A stretch of DNA of 64,000 nucleotides from Minisyncoccota bacterium (lineage in GTDB: Bacteria; Patescibacteriota; Minisyncoccia; Phycocordibacterales; Phycocordibacteraceae), in assembly GCA_018062445.1 (NCBI GenBank), contig JAGOSG010000002.1:60674-124673 (forward strand), written 5' to 3'. A model generated the notes under the pieces. The model saw only the letters and a program-made list of their open reading frames with translations. It ran no database searches and was not told where the DNA came from. The position numbers and the translations under genes are program-made. This document shows positions 41,900 to 52,262 of this stretch, one piece after another (position 1 is the stretch's first letter; each line of letters begins with the position of its first letter).

Positions 41900-43353
41900 G
41901 TAAGTCGTGGAAATAGATTTTCTGGTTTTTTGTTACTGACAATTGCACTCAATATAATTTTTGCAGTATTAGGCATTATGGGAGCTAAGTGAACAGCAAT
42001 CACCGCAAGCCGGTGCACGAGCTCAAAAATATCTTCCTTTGCTGCCTGCCTCCATGGACCCTCTTCTATTTTTATCTTTTTGTACGGCTCTTGTGTTGTC
42101 ATAAATTCATCGCTCGCAGCAACAAGACTGAAAATGAATTCTAAGCCGCCATTGAAATCGAAGGCATTAATTTTTTCACCAAAAACCTTCTCGAATACAA
42201 ACTCCTCTTTCGTTGGTGACACAGGAGACAGATGCTCCTCTGAGAGCTTCATTATTCTTGCAACAAGGTTTCCAATTCCATTTACTAACCCTGCCGTATA
42301 CCACTCATCAAGCTTCTCCCATGTAACATCCGTGTCTTCAGTTGAATGTACGTGACGGAGTAAAAGATACCGCGTTGCTTCAGTTCCGTATTTTTGAACG
42401 AGTTCATATGGACTAATGACATTGCCGATAGATTTGGACATCTTTTGTCCACCAGAATTTATAAAACCGTGGTAGAAAACTTGGTCAGTATTTTTAATGT
42501 CGGCAGACATGAGCATCGCTTGCCACATGAGCGATTGAAAACGCACTTGATCTTTTCCTGCCATCTGAAGCGTGTGCCCTTCTTCCCAGAATTTTTTGAA
42601 ATTCCCTTCTCCGTCGTCGGGCCAGCCAAGTGTCGAAATGTAATTGATGAGTGCTTCAAACCAGACATACATCACTTGAGTGTCATCGTTAGGAACAGGA
42701 ACACCCCACGTGAGCTTGCTCTTCTCTCGAGAAATACTAAAATCCTCCAGCCCTTCCGTGGCAAAATTTATGGCTTCAATCCTACGCCATTCGGGAATTA
42801 TGACATTGGAGCGATTCAAATATTCAAGTAATTTCTCTTGGTATTTCGAAAATTTGAAGAAATAATTTTCTTCTTTTAAAAGTTGCGGAGCTGTTTTATG
42901 AATGTGGCAAAGATCATCAATTATTTCTTTTTTGGTTAAAAACTTTTCACACCCTACGCAGTACAAACCCTCAAACAGCTTCTTATAAATGTCACCCTTT
43001 GCCATACATCGCTTCCACATCTCCTCAGCTGCGAGCTTATGCTGTGGGCTCGTAGTGCGAATAAAATGCAAATCATCAGAGAGACCTAAGGTTCCTTTCA
43101 ATCTTTGAAATTCGTTCGCATAGTAATTAACATACTCCTCTGTACTCTTCCCTGCCTTCTGTGCGGCTTCGTATATTTTTTGTCCGTGCTCATCCGTACC
43201 AGTGTTAAAAAATACTTCTTCACCCACAGAGCGTCTAAAGCGAACGAGCGCATCAGCTTGCACAAGCTCTAACGCAAACCCGATGTGTGGGTCGGAATTC
43301 ACATAAGGAAGCGTAGTGGTGAGATAAAAGGTGCGCATCGAACTATCAATCAT
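41896..43353 (-). CDS. metG: methionyl-tRNA synthetase (short form)
   Basis: 485 aa; PYVNSDPHIGFA (HIGH), zinc knuckle CVGCEKF, KMSKSIGN (KMSKS). Confidence 0.9.
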   Translation of the reverse strand: MIDSSMRTFYLTTTLPYVNSDPHIGFALELVQADALVRFRRSVGEEVFFNTGTDEHGQKIYEAAQKAGKSTEEYVNYYANEFQRLKGTLGLSDDLHFIRTTSPQHKLAAEEMWKRCMAKGDIYKKLFEGLYCVGCEKFLTKKEIIDDLCHIHKTAPQLLKEENYFFKFSKYQEKLLEYLNRSNVIIPEWRRIEAINFATEGLEDFSISREKSKLTWGVPVPNDDTQVMYVWFEALINYISTLGWPDDGEGNFKKFWEEGHTLQMAGKDQVRFQSLMWQAMLMSADIKNTDQVFYHGFINSGGQKMSKSIGNVISPYELVQKYGTEATRYLLLRHVHSTEDTDVTWEKLDEWYTAGLVNGIGNLVARIMKLSEEHLSPVSPTKEEFVFEKVFGEKINAFDFNGGLEFIFSLVAASDEFMTTQEPYKKIKIEEGPWRQAAKEDIFELVHRLAVIAVHLAPIMPNTAKIILSAIVSNKKPENLFPRLT

Positions 43354-44408
43354 TTCAATTCAGCGAGTTCACGGGTTTTTGATTTTTCTATATCGGTCAC
43401 AAACTCTTGAAGTGCGGCCGCTAGAGGAACGGCAAGAAGTATGCCGTAGAAGCCTGCAAGCTGTCCTCCTGCAATCATTGCCAAAATAACCATGAGCGGA
43501 GGTACTCCCACTACTCGCTTCACCACCAAAGGATAAATAAGGTTTGATTGAAGGAGGTTAATAACAAGAAAGCCTCCTGCAACAAAGAGTGCAAGCTGGG
43601 TTCCTCCTGTCGTTGCCCCTATGATAACCGCAAGCGTTCCTGAGACGAGCGAACCAAACATAGGAATAATTTCTACACAGGCTGCAAAAATAGCAATAAG
43701 AAATGCGTACGGAACTTGAAGAATAGAAAGCCAGAGGTAGCCTAGTACACCAATGATGAGGGAAAGAATGAGTTGTCCTTGCATCCAAAGACCAATCTTA
43801 TGACGGGATCGCTTCCATAAATCAAGTGCGTAGTGCTGATGCTTCACTGGTATAACAACCTTGAGAAAATCGTCCACACCTGTTTCTTGAAATGCAAAGT
43901 AGATCGATAAAATGATTATCAAAATAAAAGAGATGATACCGCCAAAGATACTGTACACAGCTTGGAGGGCTCCTTGTCCGGTCGGGATAATGAAACTTTG
44001 CAATTGTGTCAGGAGTGCTGCAGAAAATTCGTGAGGAATAAATGGTTGGAGTGCACTCACCGTAGAGCCTCCGAAAATACTATCGATACGGAGGGAGCTC
44101 AAGAATTGCGGAAGATCAACAATAAACCCTCGTGCTTCTTCAACAAGAGGTGGTAACAAAAGATAAATGATTCCCAAAAATACACCGACAATAAGGGCGT
44201 AAATCGAGAGCACTGCAACGGCGCGAGGGAAACGCTTCTTCACAAACCAATGCACACCTGGTTCTACTGCCGAGGAGAGGACAATAGCAGTGAGGACAAT
44301 AAGAACAAGGTCTCTGAGAAAGAAGAGCAACCATAAGAGTAGACCAATCCACACCACTGTCCAAAAAGAACCGGGCGTGATGTTAATAGTGAGAGGCCGA
44401 GTGTCCAT
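43350..44408 (-). CDS. AI-2E family transporter (UPF0118 / PerM-like permease)
   Basis: 352 aa, about 8 TM helices, typical length and topology; overlaps metG start by 4 nt. Confidence 0.55.
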   Translation of the reverse strand: MDTRPLTINITPGSFWTVVWIGLLLWLLFFLRDLVLIVLTAIVLSSAVEPGVHWFVKKRFPRAVAVLSIYALIVGVFLGIIYLLLPPLVEEARGFIVDLPQFLSSLRIDSIFGGSTVSALQPFIPHEFSAALLTQLQSFIIPTGQGALQAVYSIFGGIISFILIIILSIYFAFQETGVDDFLKVVIPVKHQHYALDLWKRSRHKIGLWMQGQLILSLIIGVLGYLWLSILQVPYAFLIAIFAACVEIIPMFGSLVSGTLAVIIGATTGGTQLALFVAGGFLVINLLQSNLIYPLVVKRVVGVPPLMVILAMIAGGQLAGFYGILLAVPLAAALQEFVTDIEKSKTRELAELK

Positions 44409-44428
44409 GTGGCTATTCTAGCACCACT

Positions 44429-45763
44429 CTATTGTAGATACAGAGATACACCTCCTGCCACCATTTCTATTGCCGTATCGATAGGCATTCGCTCTTGTGA
44501 GCCAGTGTCTCTGTTTCGCACCGTAACGGTATCTTTTTGTTCAGGGTTTTCGCCGAGAGTATCGAAATCAATAGTAATGCACCACGGTGTACCTATCTCA
44601 TCTTGTCTACGATACCGCTTGCCAATGTTGCCATTATCGTCCCACATAACCTGAGGCACCTTCTTTTTAAGTGCCGTGTATACTTCTCGCGCTTTCTCTA
44701 CAAGCTCTGGCTTATTCTTCAAAAGAGGAAATACCGCGGCTTTGATGGGAGCTATGTGAGATGGAAATGCAAGGTAAACACGCGTATCATCCCCCGTCAC
44801 ATCTTCCTTATACGCACTCGCGAGAATTGCGAGCACGGTACGGTCAACACCAAGCGATGGCTCAATTACATGGGGAGTAATTTTTGCGCCTTCTCCATCA
44901 GAATATTTCAACTCAACAGTTGAACCTTTCTCGTGCGCAGAAAGATCAAAATCACCTCGGTACGCTAACCCCCAGAGTTCACCTCGTCCGAAAGGAAAAT
45001 CGAATTCAAAATCGATAGTCTTTTTACTGTAGTGCGCCAAGTCCCCTGCCTCTATATCTTTAGAGTGAAAAGAATCCATTGATAAACCACACGCTTCTGC
45101 AAAGTGCACCATACCTTTTCTCCATTCCTCAAAAGCACCCTCCCATGAATTTTCATTAACAAAGTATTCAAGTTCCATCTGCTCAAACTCACGTGAACGA
45201 AATACAAAGTCACGAGGTGCAATTTCATTTCTGAATGCTTTGCCAATTTGCGCTATACCAAACGGTAGCTTTGGATGAAAGGTATCAATAATATTCTTAA
45301 AGTTCACAAAAATGCCTCCAGCGGTTTCAGGTCGAAGATATACGACTGAAGACTCATCTTCAGTAGCGCCCGCATGTGTCTTAAACATCATGTTGAACTG
45401 GCGCGCTTCGCCGAGCTCACCCTCACACTCAGGACACCTCTTCCCACTTTCAAGATGATCGGCACGAAAACGTCGTTTACATTTTTTACATTCAACCAAC
45501 GGATCAGAGAAACCAGAAACATGCCCGGACGCTTCCCACGCTTTTGAATTCATTAAAATTGCAGCATCAACGCCGTATACATCATCACGGCTATCAACGA
45601 ACATCCGCCACCAGAGATTCTTTACATTATTCTTCAGCGCAACACCTAACGGGCCATAGTCATAGGTGCCTGAAAGACCTCCATATATCTCCGAGCCTGG
45701 AAAAATAAAACCTCGTCGCTTTGCAAGCGATGTAATCTTCTCCATCAGTCCTTCTTCTTTTTG
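44429..45763 (-). CDS. glyQS: glycyl-tRNA synthetase, class II dimeric (eukaryote/archaeal-like)
   Basis: ...MEKITSLAKRRGFIFPGSEIYGGLSGTYDYGPLGVALKNN... N-terminus; class II motifs; ORF-track start at 45841 overlaps the upstream gene, so the Met at about 45763/45742 is preferred. Confidence 0.85.
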   Translation of the reverse strand, partial: QKEEGLMEKITSLAKRRGFIFPGSEIYGGLSGTYDYGPLGVALKNNVKNLWWRMFVDSRDDVYGVDAAILMNSKAWEASGHVSGFSDPLVECKKCKRRFRADHLESGKRCPECEGELGEARQFNMMFKTHAGATEDESSVVYLRPETAGGIFVNFKNIIDTFHPKLPFGIAQIGKAFRNEIAPRDFVFRSREFEQMELEYFVNENSWEGAFEEWRKGMVHFAEACGLSMDSFHSKDIEAGDLAHYSKKTIDFEFDFPFGRGELWGLAYRGDFDLSAHEKGSTVELKYSDGEGAKITPHVIEPSLGVDRTVLAILASAYKEDVTGDDTRVYLAFPSHIAPIKAAVFPLLKNKPELVEKAREVYTALKKKVPQVMWDDNGNIGKRYRRQDEIGTPWCITIDFDTLGENPEQKDTVTVRNRDTGSQERMPIDTAIEMVAGGVSLYLQ

Positions 45764-45809
45764 CATTGAATGATTGTATCCTCCCCAAAAACTAAAAGCT
45801 ATGCCCAGT

Positions 45810-47663
45810 TTATGGCACCACAACACCTCCGCTCGGTACACCTGAAGCTGAGCCAGTTGTTAATGGTCCTGCCGTAGCTTCAATCTGACCTCTCACAAAT
45901 CGGTCATAGGCAGACACTCGCTGACTACCGACTATCGTTGGTACATTTCCTACTTGAGTAAGAGACGGGGTCATTCCTACTTTGAATGAAGCATTTTTTG
46001 TTTGCCCCCCTGCCACATCTCCAATAGTCCAAGTGACAATACGGCCAGAGGCATTGAAAGAAATATTTGACCCAGCTTCGGGCGCAATGAAGCGCACATA
46101 ACTTGGCAATATCGCACTCACAGAAGTATTGGCTAATGCATTTGCCGAATTCAAAACGATCCAGGTAACGGTGTAGGTTGTTTCCTTATCGGCCTTTGGT
46201 GATACAGGTCCCGCCATATTCGTTATCGATGGAGAAAGCGTTACATCTGTTGCAACAACGGCATTTGTTGTAGCGGATGACTTAACGATAACAGGAACGT
46301 TTGATTCACTTTGTCTCTCTGCCTCCACATTAACCGACAGGCGCACAGTCGAATTTTTAAAGTCGCCCTTATTTAAAGGAAGTGTCTTGAATGAAAATGA
46401 AAGTGTCTCCGAGTCCCCTGGGGCAACATTTGAAAGATTTGAATTAGTTGCCTTACTCCAAAGTATTGAGGAATTATTTGAACTATAGAATCCTTTTTCT
46501 GCTTGTACCGTACTTCGATCTAAAATAGCCCCGTCTAAGGTAAGTGTGATGGCAACATTTTGAACCTTCACTGGAAGATTGTTTGTCCATGTCACCTGTC
46601 CTTGCACTTCTCGTCCACGAATAATTGTGTGTGTGTCAGAAGTAGAACCTTCAAGCGAGAGTGCGACGGAAACGAAAGGCTTTGTTACGGTAAGTGAAAG
46701 TTCAGACGCCGCGAGCGGAGCTATGATTGCATCACTATTATCTATCTTCTGAGTTCCCGTGTTAAAACGAAGCACTCTGCTCTCGCCATCTTCACCAACA
46801 AAAACACCTTTCACTTCCACGGTGCGTGTACCGCCTGCTTCTATGTCTCCAAGTGCCCACGATGCAGTGCCTACCGTAGGCGCTGGTTTTGAAGATTCAA
46901 AAGAAAATCCTGGAGGATAATTTGCGACAAGAAGCATATCTTTCAAAACCCCCGGAGCGTTCGATACTACCGACACGGAGAATGTCACAGGTTGTCCTGA
47001 CACTGCCTCCTTGAGGGCATCAATAGTAATAGATGCTGGCGACTGATTAACTTTTGTGACATACGTAGTTTCGCTCACAAAAATAGCATTCGAAGAAGGT
47101 ACACGATATTCCGCCGAAGCTTTAATAGAGAGATCCTGCCCTGACTCACCGAAAACAACAGCACGGATTGTACGATTAATACTCTCACCAGATTTAATAG
47201 TCCCTAGCGACTCTCGAATGCGTGGAAGTTCACGAGAAATATCTGTATCTGACCGCGTACCTGCGGGGAATTCTATAATTAAGTCAGTGAGTTCCATCGG
47301 CACAGCATTTCTGTTTGTTATAACAACCTGCAAAGAAAGCGTGCTTCCGGCACCAATTTCTGTCGGGCCAGTCACCTGAACATCGACGTTCTTAGTTGAG
47401 ATTGTGTTATTGCCAGCAAACAAAATTACCCCCGCGACTGCAACAGCGAGAAAGAAAAAAATAACCGAGCCACCAAAGAGTATTTCAGGGATCTTCATAC
47501 GTCGCCCCTTTGGCCTAGCCGACACATCACCTCCTTCCTGTTTCTGCCATCCCTTAGGAGCGCGCGAACTGCGTGAGAAAAGGGTTGAGCGATGAATGCT
47601 TCCATCAACTAACCCGCTGTCTAGTTTTTTTGAAAGATTTTCGAGCGCACCGTTGTCAGACAT
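45810..47663 (-). CDS. hypothetical membrane-anchored extracellular protein (617 aa, beta-rich, Thr/Ser/Val-rich repeats)
   Basis: Cytoplasmic N-tail, single TM (IPEILFGGSVIFFFLAVAVAGVILF), then repeated roughly 100-aa segments (..TV.V.GVFVGE..) suggestive of tandem Ig-like/DUF11-like domains. Confidence 0.45.
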   Translation of the reverse strand: MSDNGALENLSKKLDSGLVDGSIHRSTLFSRSSRAPKGWQKQEGGDVSARPKGRRMKIPEILFGGSVIFFFLAVAVAGVILFAGNNTISTKNVDVQVTGPTEIGAGSTLSLQVVITNRNAVPMELTDLIIEFPAGTRSDTDISRELPRIRESLGTIKSGESINRTIRAVVFGESGQDLSIKASAEYRVPSSNAIFVSETTYVTKVNQSPASITIDALKEAVSGQPVTFSVSVVSNAPGVLKDMLLVANYPPGFSFESSKPAPTVGTASWALGDIEAGGTRTVEVKGVFVGEDGESRVLRFNTGTQKIDNSDAIIAPLAASELSLTVTKPFVSVALSLEGSTSDTHTIIRGREVQGQVTWTNNLPVKVQNVAITLTLDGAILDRSTVQAEKGFYSSNNSSILWSKATNSNLSNVAPGDSETLSFSFKTLPLNKGDFKNSTVRLSVNVEAERQSESNVPVIVKSSATTNAVVATDVTLSPSITNMAGPVSPKADKETTYTVTWIVLNSANALANTSVSAILPSYVRFIAPEAGSNISFNASGRIVTWTIGDVAGGQTKNASFKVGMTPSLTQVGNVPTIVGSQRVSAYDRFVRGQIEATAGPLTTGSASGVPSGGVVVP

Positions 47664-47821
47664 CTAATCAGGGTATAGCGTTTAGTGCTCAGCGTCTAGG
47701 GTTTTAAAGAAAAGAAAAAGGAACTTTCTTGTCATATGATCCCTGCGGATCCGACGAAGCTGGTCCCTTCGGACACGACGAAGCGTCGCCTATACGCTAA
47801 ACGCTACCCACTAACCACTGC

Positions 47822-48406
47822 TCACAGTCCACTTTCAGAAATAGCCTCGTTAATAAGGCGAACAAGTGTGCCCCGTGATTCACGCACCGCTTTCAAAGTT
47901 GGCATATCGTACGAAATATCTAAAAACAACTTCATTATAGGATCCTCTCGCACATACCCTAATGCTGCGAGTACCCGAAGTACCACAATGCATTCCGCTT
48001 CAAGCACATACTCCTCATCGATGCTTGGGATGATGCGAAAGAATCCAAACAGCGCACTAAAAAGATACGGATCACTGCCTTCTCCCCGAATAAACTGCCT
48101 AACTATTGTGATAACCCGGGCCGTAACTTCTTGAGCTTTTGTATTACCTGAAAGTGCAAAATGCGAATTCTCAGTTTTTGTAGCACCAATAACACGCCAC
48201 ACATCACGACCTTTCACCAAAACAAAAACGCCCGTTGTCCCAACCTGTAGGTGCGGGCGAAGCTTTGAGCGTTCTTCACGGGCACTTTTAGCGAGAGCGG
48301 AAACAAGTCCTAACGAGTCCGTATATATAGAAATACGCACACTGCCCTCTCCGGCTGAGCGCCTAGCAACTATAATTCCTCGAGCTGTTACTTCACGAAC
48401 GGACAT
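47822..48406 (-). CDS. recO: DNA repair protein RecO-like
   Basis: 194 aa; N-terminal OB-fold pattern GIIVARRSAGEGSVRISIYTDSLGLVSALAKSAR...SKLRPHLQ; short relative to canonical RecO. Confidence 0.45.
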   Translation of the reverse strand: MSVREVTARGIIVARRSAGEGSVRISIYTDSLGLVSALAKSAREERSKLRPHLQVGTTGVFVLVKGRDVWRVIGATKTENSHFALSGNTKAQEVTARVITIVRQFIRGEGSDPYLFSALFGFFRIIPSIDEEYVLEAECIVVLRVLAALGYVREDPIMKLFLDISYDMPTLKAVRESRGTLVRLINEAISESGL

Positions 48407-51400
48407 TGAACCTAAATGTCATCCCATCAAACACCAATTCATTCGTACCATTACCTGATTCTCTTGATGAGAGTCTGGTGGCAGTACTGAGAGTATGCCA
48501 ATGCTTTTCTAAAAACTTCTCTATGTCATCACTCTGAACAAACACCAATGTTGCCGCCTCTTTTGGTGTAAGTCCTGCCTCTTTGCGAAGTTCTTGAATG
48601 AAGCGAATTACTTCGCGCACATTACCTTCCTCTTTCAACTCATCTGAAATATCAGTATCAAGTATCACTTCATCTTTCGATAGCGCTCCGTCGATGACAA
48701 CCTCCTTCACATTGAGCTCATCTTTTATTAATTGCAGAAGCTCTACTCTTCCTGCTAACAGTTCACTATTCACTGTTATTTTTGCAAGTGGTTGTCTCAC
48801 TTTTATATCCACCTTCTGCCTCGCTTCGAGCCCTCGCGATGCAATGCGCCTGACTTCCACCATTGCTTCTTGAAGTGGTGCGTCAGTAGAACCCGTGCGT
48901 GGCCACTCACACAAATGCACGCTCTCTGGCATGTCTTTAATTTTCACTCTCTGGTAGGCGCTTTCGGCGACAAACGGCATGAAAGGTGCTGATATTTTTG
49001 CAAAAATTTCTATAACGCTACGAAGTGTTTGAAGTGCGTCTCTTGCGTCAGCCTCTTCCTCTTTAAAGCGATCGCGAGAACGCCTGAGATACCATGTCGA
49101 CAAATCGTCCACAAAAAGAGTAAGTGGGCGCGTTGCCTTATCCAACTCATAGGATTCCATTCCCCTCTCAACTTCTCCAATAACTTGATTCAATCGTGAA
49201 AAAATCCATCTATCGAGAGGGTGAGAACTTGGAGACACTCCGTGCTCCAAGTCTTTATAGAGCTCATAGAAAGAGACGACATTCAAAAATCGTCCGATGA
49301 GTTTCGACGCGACTTCTCCCACTCCCTTCTCTGAAAAATTTAAATCTTCTGCCTTCATTAAAGGTGACGCGAGGAGGTAGTACCGAATAGCATCTGCGCC
49401 ATATTTCTCGAGCACGGTGAGTGGGTCAGGGTAATTTTTCAAACGCTTCGACATTTTTTGCCCATCTTCTGCCAAAACAATGCCGTTCACGATCACATTC
49501 TTATAGGTTGCTTTGCCGAAAAGCCCCACCCCCAAGACAAGGAGCGAATAAAACCAACCTCTTGTTTGATCCAATCCTTCTGCAATAAAATCTGCGGGGT
49601 AGCCACGAGATTTTTTGAGCCAGCCTGGTTTTGGGTTAAAGGTGGAAAGATTCTCAAAGGGGTAATGATTCTGAGCATACGACATTGAGCCTGACTCAAA
49701 CCAGCAATCAAAAACATCGTGTACACGCTCAAGCCTCGTGCCATCGGAGTCTATAAGCACTACCTCATCGATATATGGGCGATGGTAATCAAGTTCGTAA
49801 TTTTCGTTGTGAGGGATAGGAGTGAAAGGAAGGCTCACTATTTCTGCAGGTGCAAGCATGGCGTGATCGGCAAGAATAGATACCGCCTCCTTTGCAGTGC
49901 TTCCTTTTGAAACCGCAGTGAGCGCGGCTACTGGCCAACCATGCGAAACAAACAATATATTCTTCCCTGCATATTTGTGCTCACATTCATATAAAAGTGC
50001 ACCCACACGACGACGCATGTCATTGATACTTTCCCCTTCTTCGGGACCTTTTTCAAAAAGCGGCGCAATGTCTTTAAAGTGCTCTGCCCACTCGCGGTCA
50101 AGTCGACCATTAAAAACACCGTGGTTGTATTCGTTCAAACGCGAATCAGTCGACATGGCCGACACATCGAGACCAAGAACTTCGCGTGCTATTTCAGCAG
50201 TTTGAGTCGCACGCAAAAGTTCCGAATGAATGATGATATCTATGTGTGTCCCTAAATTTTGGGCAGATTTTTTTGCCTCCGCCTTTCCATACTCGGTGAG
50301 AGAAATACCGTCGTCAGGTTTATAACTTATGATTTTCTTAACATTCTTTTCCGATTCTCCATGACGCATCGCAAAATATCTGTTACCAGATTTTTTCGTA
50401 TGAGATTTCAATTCATCAAGTGAACCGATGAAAATGTTTTCTTTCGTTTTGTGATTGCGCCATACAGGAATTGGTGCACCCCAGTACCGAGCGCGTGAAA
50501 TTGCCCAATCCCTAGCGTTTAAAAGCCAGTTTCCAAACCTCTTATCCCCCACTTCTTTTGGTACCCAGTTTATTTTTTTATTTTCGGCAACAAGCTTGTC
50601 TTTAAATTTCGTTACCTCTACAAACCACGATGATGATGCGTAATTTAAAAGCGGCGTATCACATCGCCAACAATGCGGATACGAGTGTATAATTTTTTCC
50701 TTTGCAAAGAGCAATCCCTTCCCTGCAAGGTATTTAATAACCGCAACATCAGTTGATTGTGGGTCGTCTTTTGGCTTTGCCTGAAGTCCTTTGAAATCCA
50801 AAACAGCATCAACAAAAAAACCGTCCTTGTCGACGTGGTGCACTATCGGGATTCCCTCTTTTTGCGCGAGCTCCAAATCTTCGGCACCAAATGCAGGAGC
50901 AAGATGTACTAAGCCTGTTCCACTATCCATCGTCACATATGGAGCGTGATACACCTTCCACGCTTTTTCTTTTCCTTTGATGTTGTGATCAGCGAAATAC
51001 GAGAACGGAGGCTTGTATGATTTACCAACAAGTTCACTACCAAGAAATTCTTTCTCTATTTTGTAGTCAACTTTAATTACTTCCAACCTTTCTTTAGCGA
51101 GAATATATTTTTCATTCCCCGCTGAAATTTTTACATACGTAAATTCAGCGTTCACCGCAGCCGCCATGTTTCCAGGCAAAGTCCATGGCGTAGTTGTCCA
51201 TGCAAGTAGAAATGTTCCAGGTTCATCAACAAGCTCAAGTTTTACGGTGACAGAAATATCAGTGATGTCTTTGTACCCTTGCGCTACTTCAAAGTTAGAG
51301 AGCGTGGTGCCACAGCGAGGACAAAGGTGCATTGCTTTAAATCCTTCATACACCAATCCCTTTTTATGAAGATCATTAAATGCCCACCATACGCTTTCGG

Positions 51401-51872
51401 TGTAGGTGGCATCCATCGTCCTATAGTCATTCTCCATATCTACCCATCTACCGAAACGAGGAATAATGGCTTTCCAATCATCCGAATACCGGAGCACGGC
51501 TTTACGGGCAGCTTCGTTGAATGTGGCGACACCTAAAGTTTCAATATCCCGCTTCGTAGCAAGACCGAGCTCCTTCTCTATCTGATTCTCCAACGGCAAT
51601 CCATGGCAATCCCAACCCCACCGCCTTGGCACATGGTAGCCCTGCATTGTTTTGTAGCGAGGAATAGCATCTTTAATGGTGCCTGCGAGGATGTGGCCGT
51701 AATGTGGCAAGCCAGTGGCAAATGGTGGTCCATCATAAAAAACAAACTCCCCTTTTGGAGCCTCCCTAGAAAGGGTTTTTTCAAAAATCTCATTCTTTTG
51801 CCAAAAAGCTAGAATTTCTTCCTCACGCTTGGCGGGTTCGCTTTTAGTATCTCCATCCATAAACTTCATCAC
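48393..51872 (-). CDS. ileS: isoleucyl-tRNA synthetase with an internal histidine-phosphatase-family (PGAM-like) domain insertion
   Basis: 1159 aa; PFATGLPHYGH (HIGH), WISRxRYWG-type AISRARYWGAPIPVW, KMSKRLKNYPDP (KMSKS), C-terminal anticodon-binding region. Residues about 497-685 (nt 49818-50384) carry RYFAMRHGESEKN ... LFVSHGWP, the two catalytic-His motifs of histidine phosphatases. Confidence 0.9.
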   Translation of the reverse strand: MMKFMDGDTKSEPAKREEEILAFWQKNEIFEKTLSREAPKGEFVFYDGPPFATGLPHYGHILAGTIKDAIPRYKTMQGYHVPRRWGWDCHGLPLENQIEKELGLATKRDIETLGVATFNEAARKAVLRYSDDWKAIIPRFGRWVDMENDYRTMDATYTESVWWAFNDLHKKGLVYEGFKAMHLCPRCGTTLSNFEVAQGYKDITDISVTVKLELVDEPGTFLLAWTTTPWTLPGNMAAAVNAEFTYVKISAGNEKYILAKERLEVIKVDYKIEKEFLGSELVGKSYKPPFSYFADHNIKGKEKAWKVYHAPYVTMDSGTGLVHLAPAFGAEDLELAQKEGIPIVHHVDKDGFFVDAVLDFKGLQAKPKDDPQSTDVAVIKYLAGKGLLFAKEKIIHSYPHCWRCDTPLLNYASSSWFVEVTKFKDKLVAENKKINWVPKEVGDKRFGNWLLNARDWAISRARYWGAPIPVWRNHKTKENIFIGSLDELKSHTKKSGNRYFAMRHGESEKNVKKIISYKPDDGISLTEYGKAEAKKSAQNLGTHIDIIIHSELLRATQTAEIAREVLGLDVSAMSTDSRLNEYNHGVFNGRLDREWAEHFKDIAPLFEKGPEEGESINDMRRRVGALLYECEHKYAGKNILFVSHGWPVAALTAVSKGSTAKEAVSILADHAMLAPAEIVSLPFTPIPHNENYELDYHRPYIDEVVLIDSDGTRLERVHDVFDCWFESGSMSYAQNHYPFENLSTFNPKPGWLKKSRGYPADFIAEGLDQTRGWFYSLLVLGVGLFGKATYKNVIVNGIVLAEDGQKMSKRLKNYPDPLTVLEKYGADAIRYYLLASPLMKAEDLNFSEKGVGEVASKLIGRFLNVVSFYELYKDLEHGVSPSSHPLDRWIFSRLNQVIGEVERGMESYELDKATRPLTLFVDDLSTWYLRRSRDRFKEEEADARDALQTLRSVIEIFAKISAPFMPFVAESAYQRVKIKDMPESVHLCEWPRTGSTDAPLQEAMVEVRRIASRGLEARQKVDIKVRQPLAKITVNSELLAGRVELLQLIKDELNVKEVVIDGALSKDEVILDTDISDELKEEGNVREVIRFIQELRKEAGLTPKEAATLVFVQSDDIEKFLEKHWHTLSTATRLSSRESGNGTNELVFDGMTFRFNVRS

Positions 51873-51906
51873 ATACTAACATTTACACTACGAGCTCCTA
51901 CCTAAA

Positions 51907-52089
51907 TTACCGAGGAAGATAACCAGTGCCGTTACATTTTTCACAATACACCTCCCTAAATGCATTAGGGAGGCCGAGTAACCCTCCCTGAAGACATTTC
52001 CCGCGTCCATTACATGCGCCACAAACACGAGTAGTTTCAGTGTGGCGCCGAAAATCAAACCCTCCTGTTTCTTGTCTTCCTTCTGACAT
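51907..52089 (-). CDS. small protein with two DnaJ-type CxxCxGxG zinc-finger motifs (60 aa)
   Basis: CGACNGRGKC and CEKCNGTGY; 35 nt upstream of ileS on the same strand. Confidence 0.35.
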   Translation of the reverse strand: MSEGRQETGGFDFRRHTETTRVCGACNGRGKCLQGGLLGLPNAFREVYCEKCNGTGYLPR

Positions 52090-52108
52090 AACTATCTATA
52101 TAATTAAA

Positions 52109-52134
52109 GAAAACCCCTTCTTTCGAAGGGGTTT
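52109..52134. terminator. bidirectional terminator hairpin
   Basis: aAAAACCCCTTctttcgAAGGGGTTTTgt. Confidence 0.55.
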
Positions 52135-52262
52135 TGTATGTTTTTGTAATTTTTCTTTATGAGTGCACTACAAAACCCCTTCGCTTGGAAAAGCGCTTTG
52201 TAATCTTAATGATGGTCGTGCCTCGTGCCATGTGTTTAAGAATATTCTAAAAACGAACGCTG

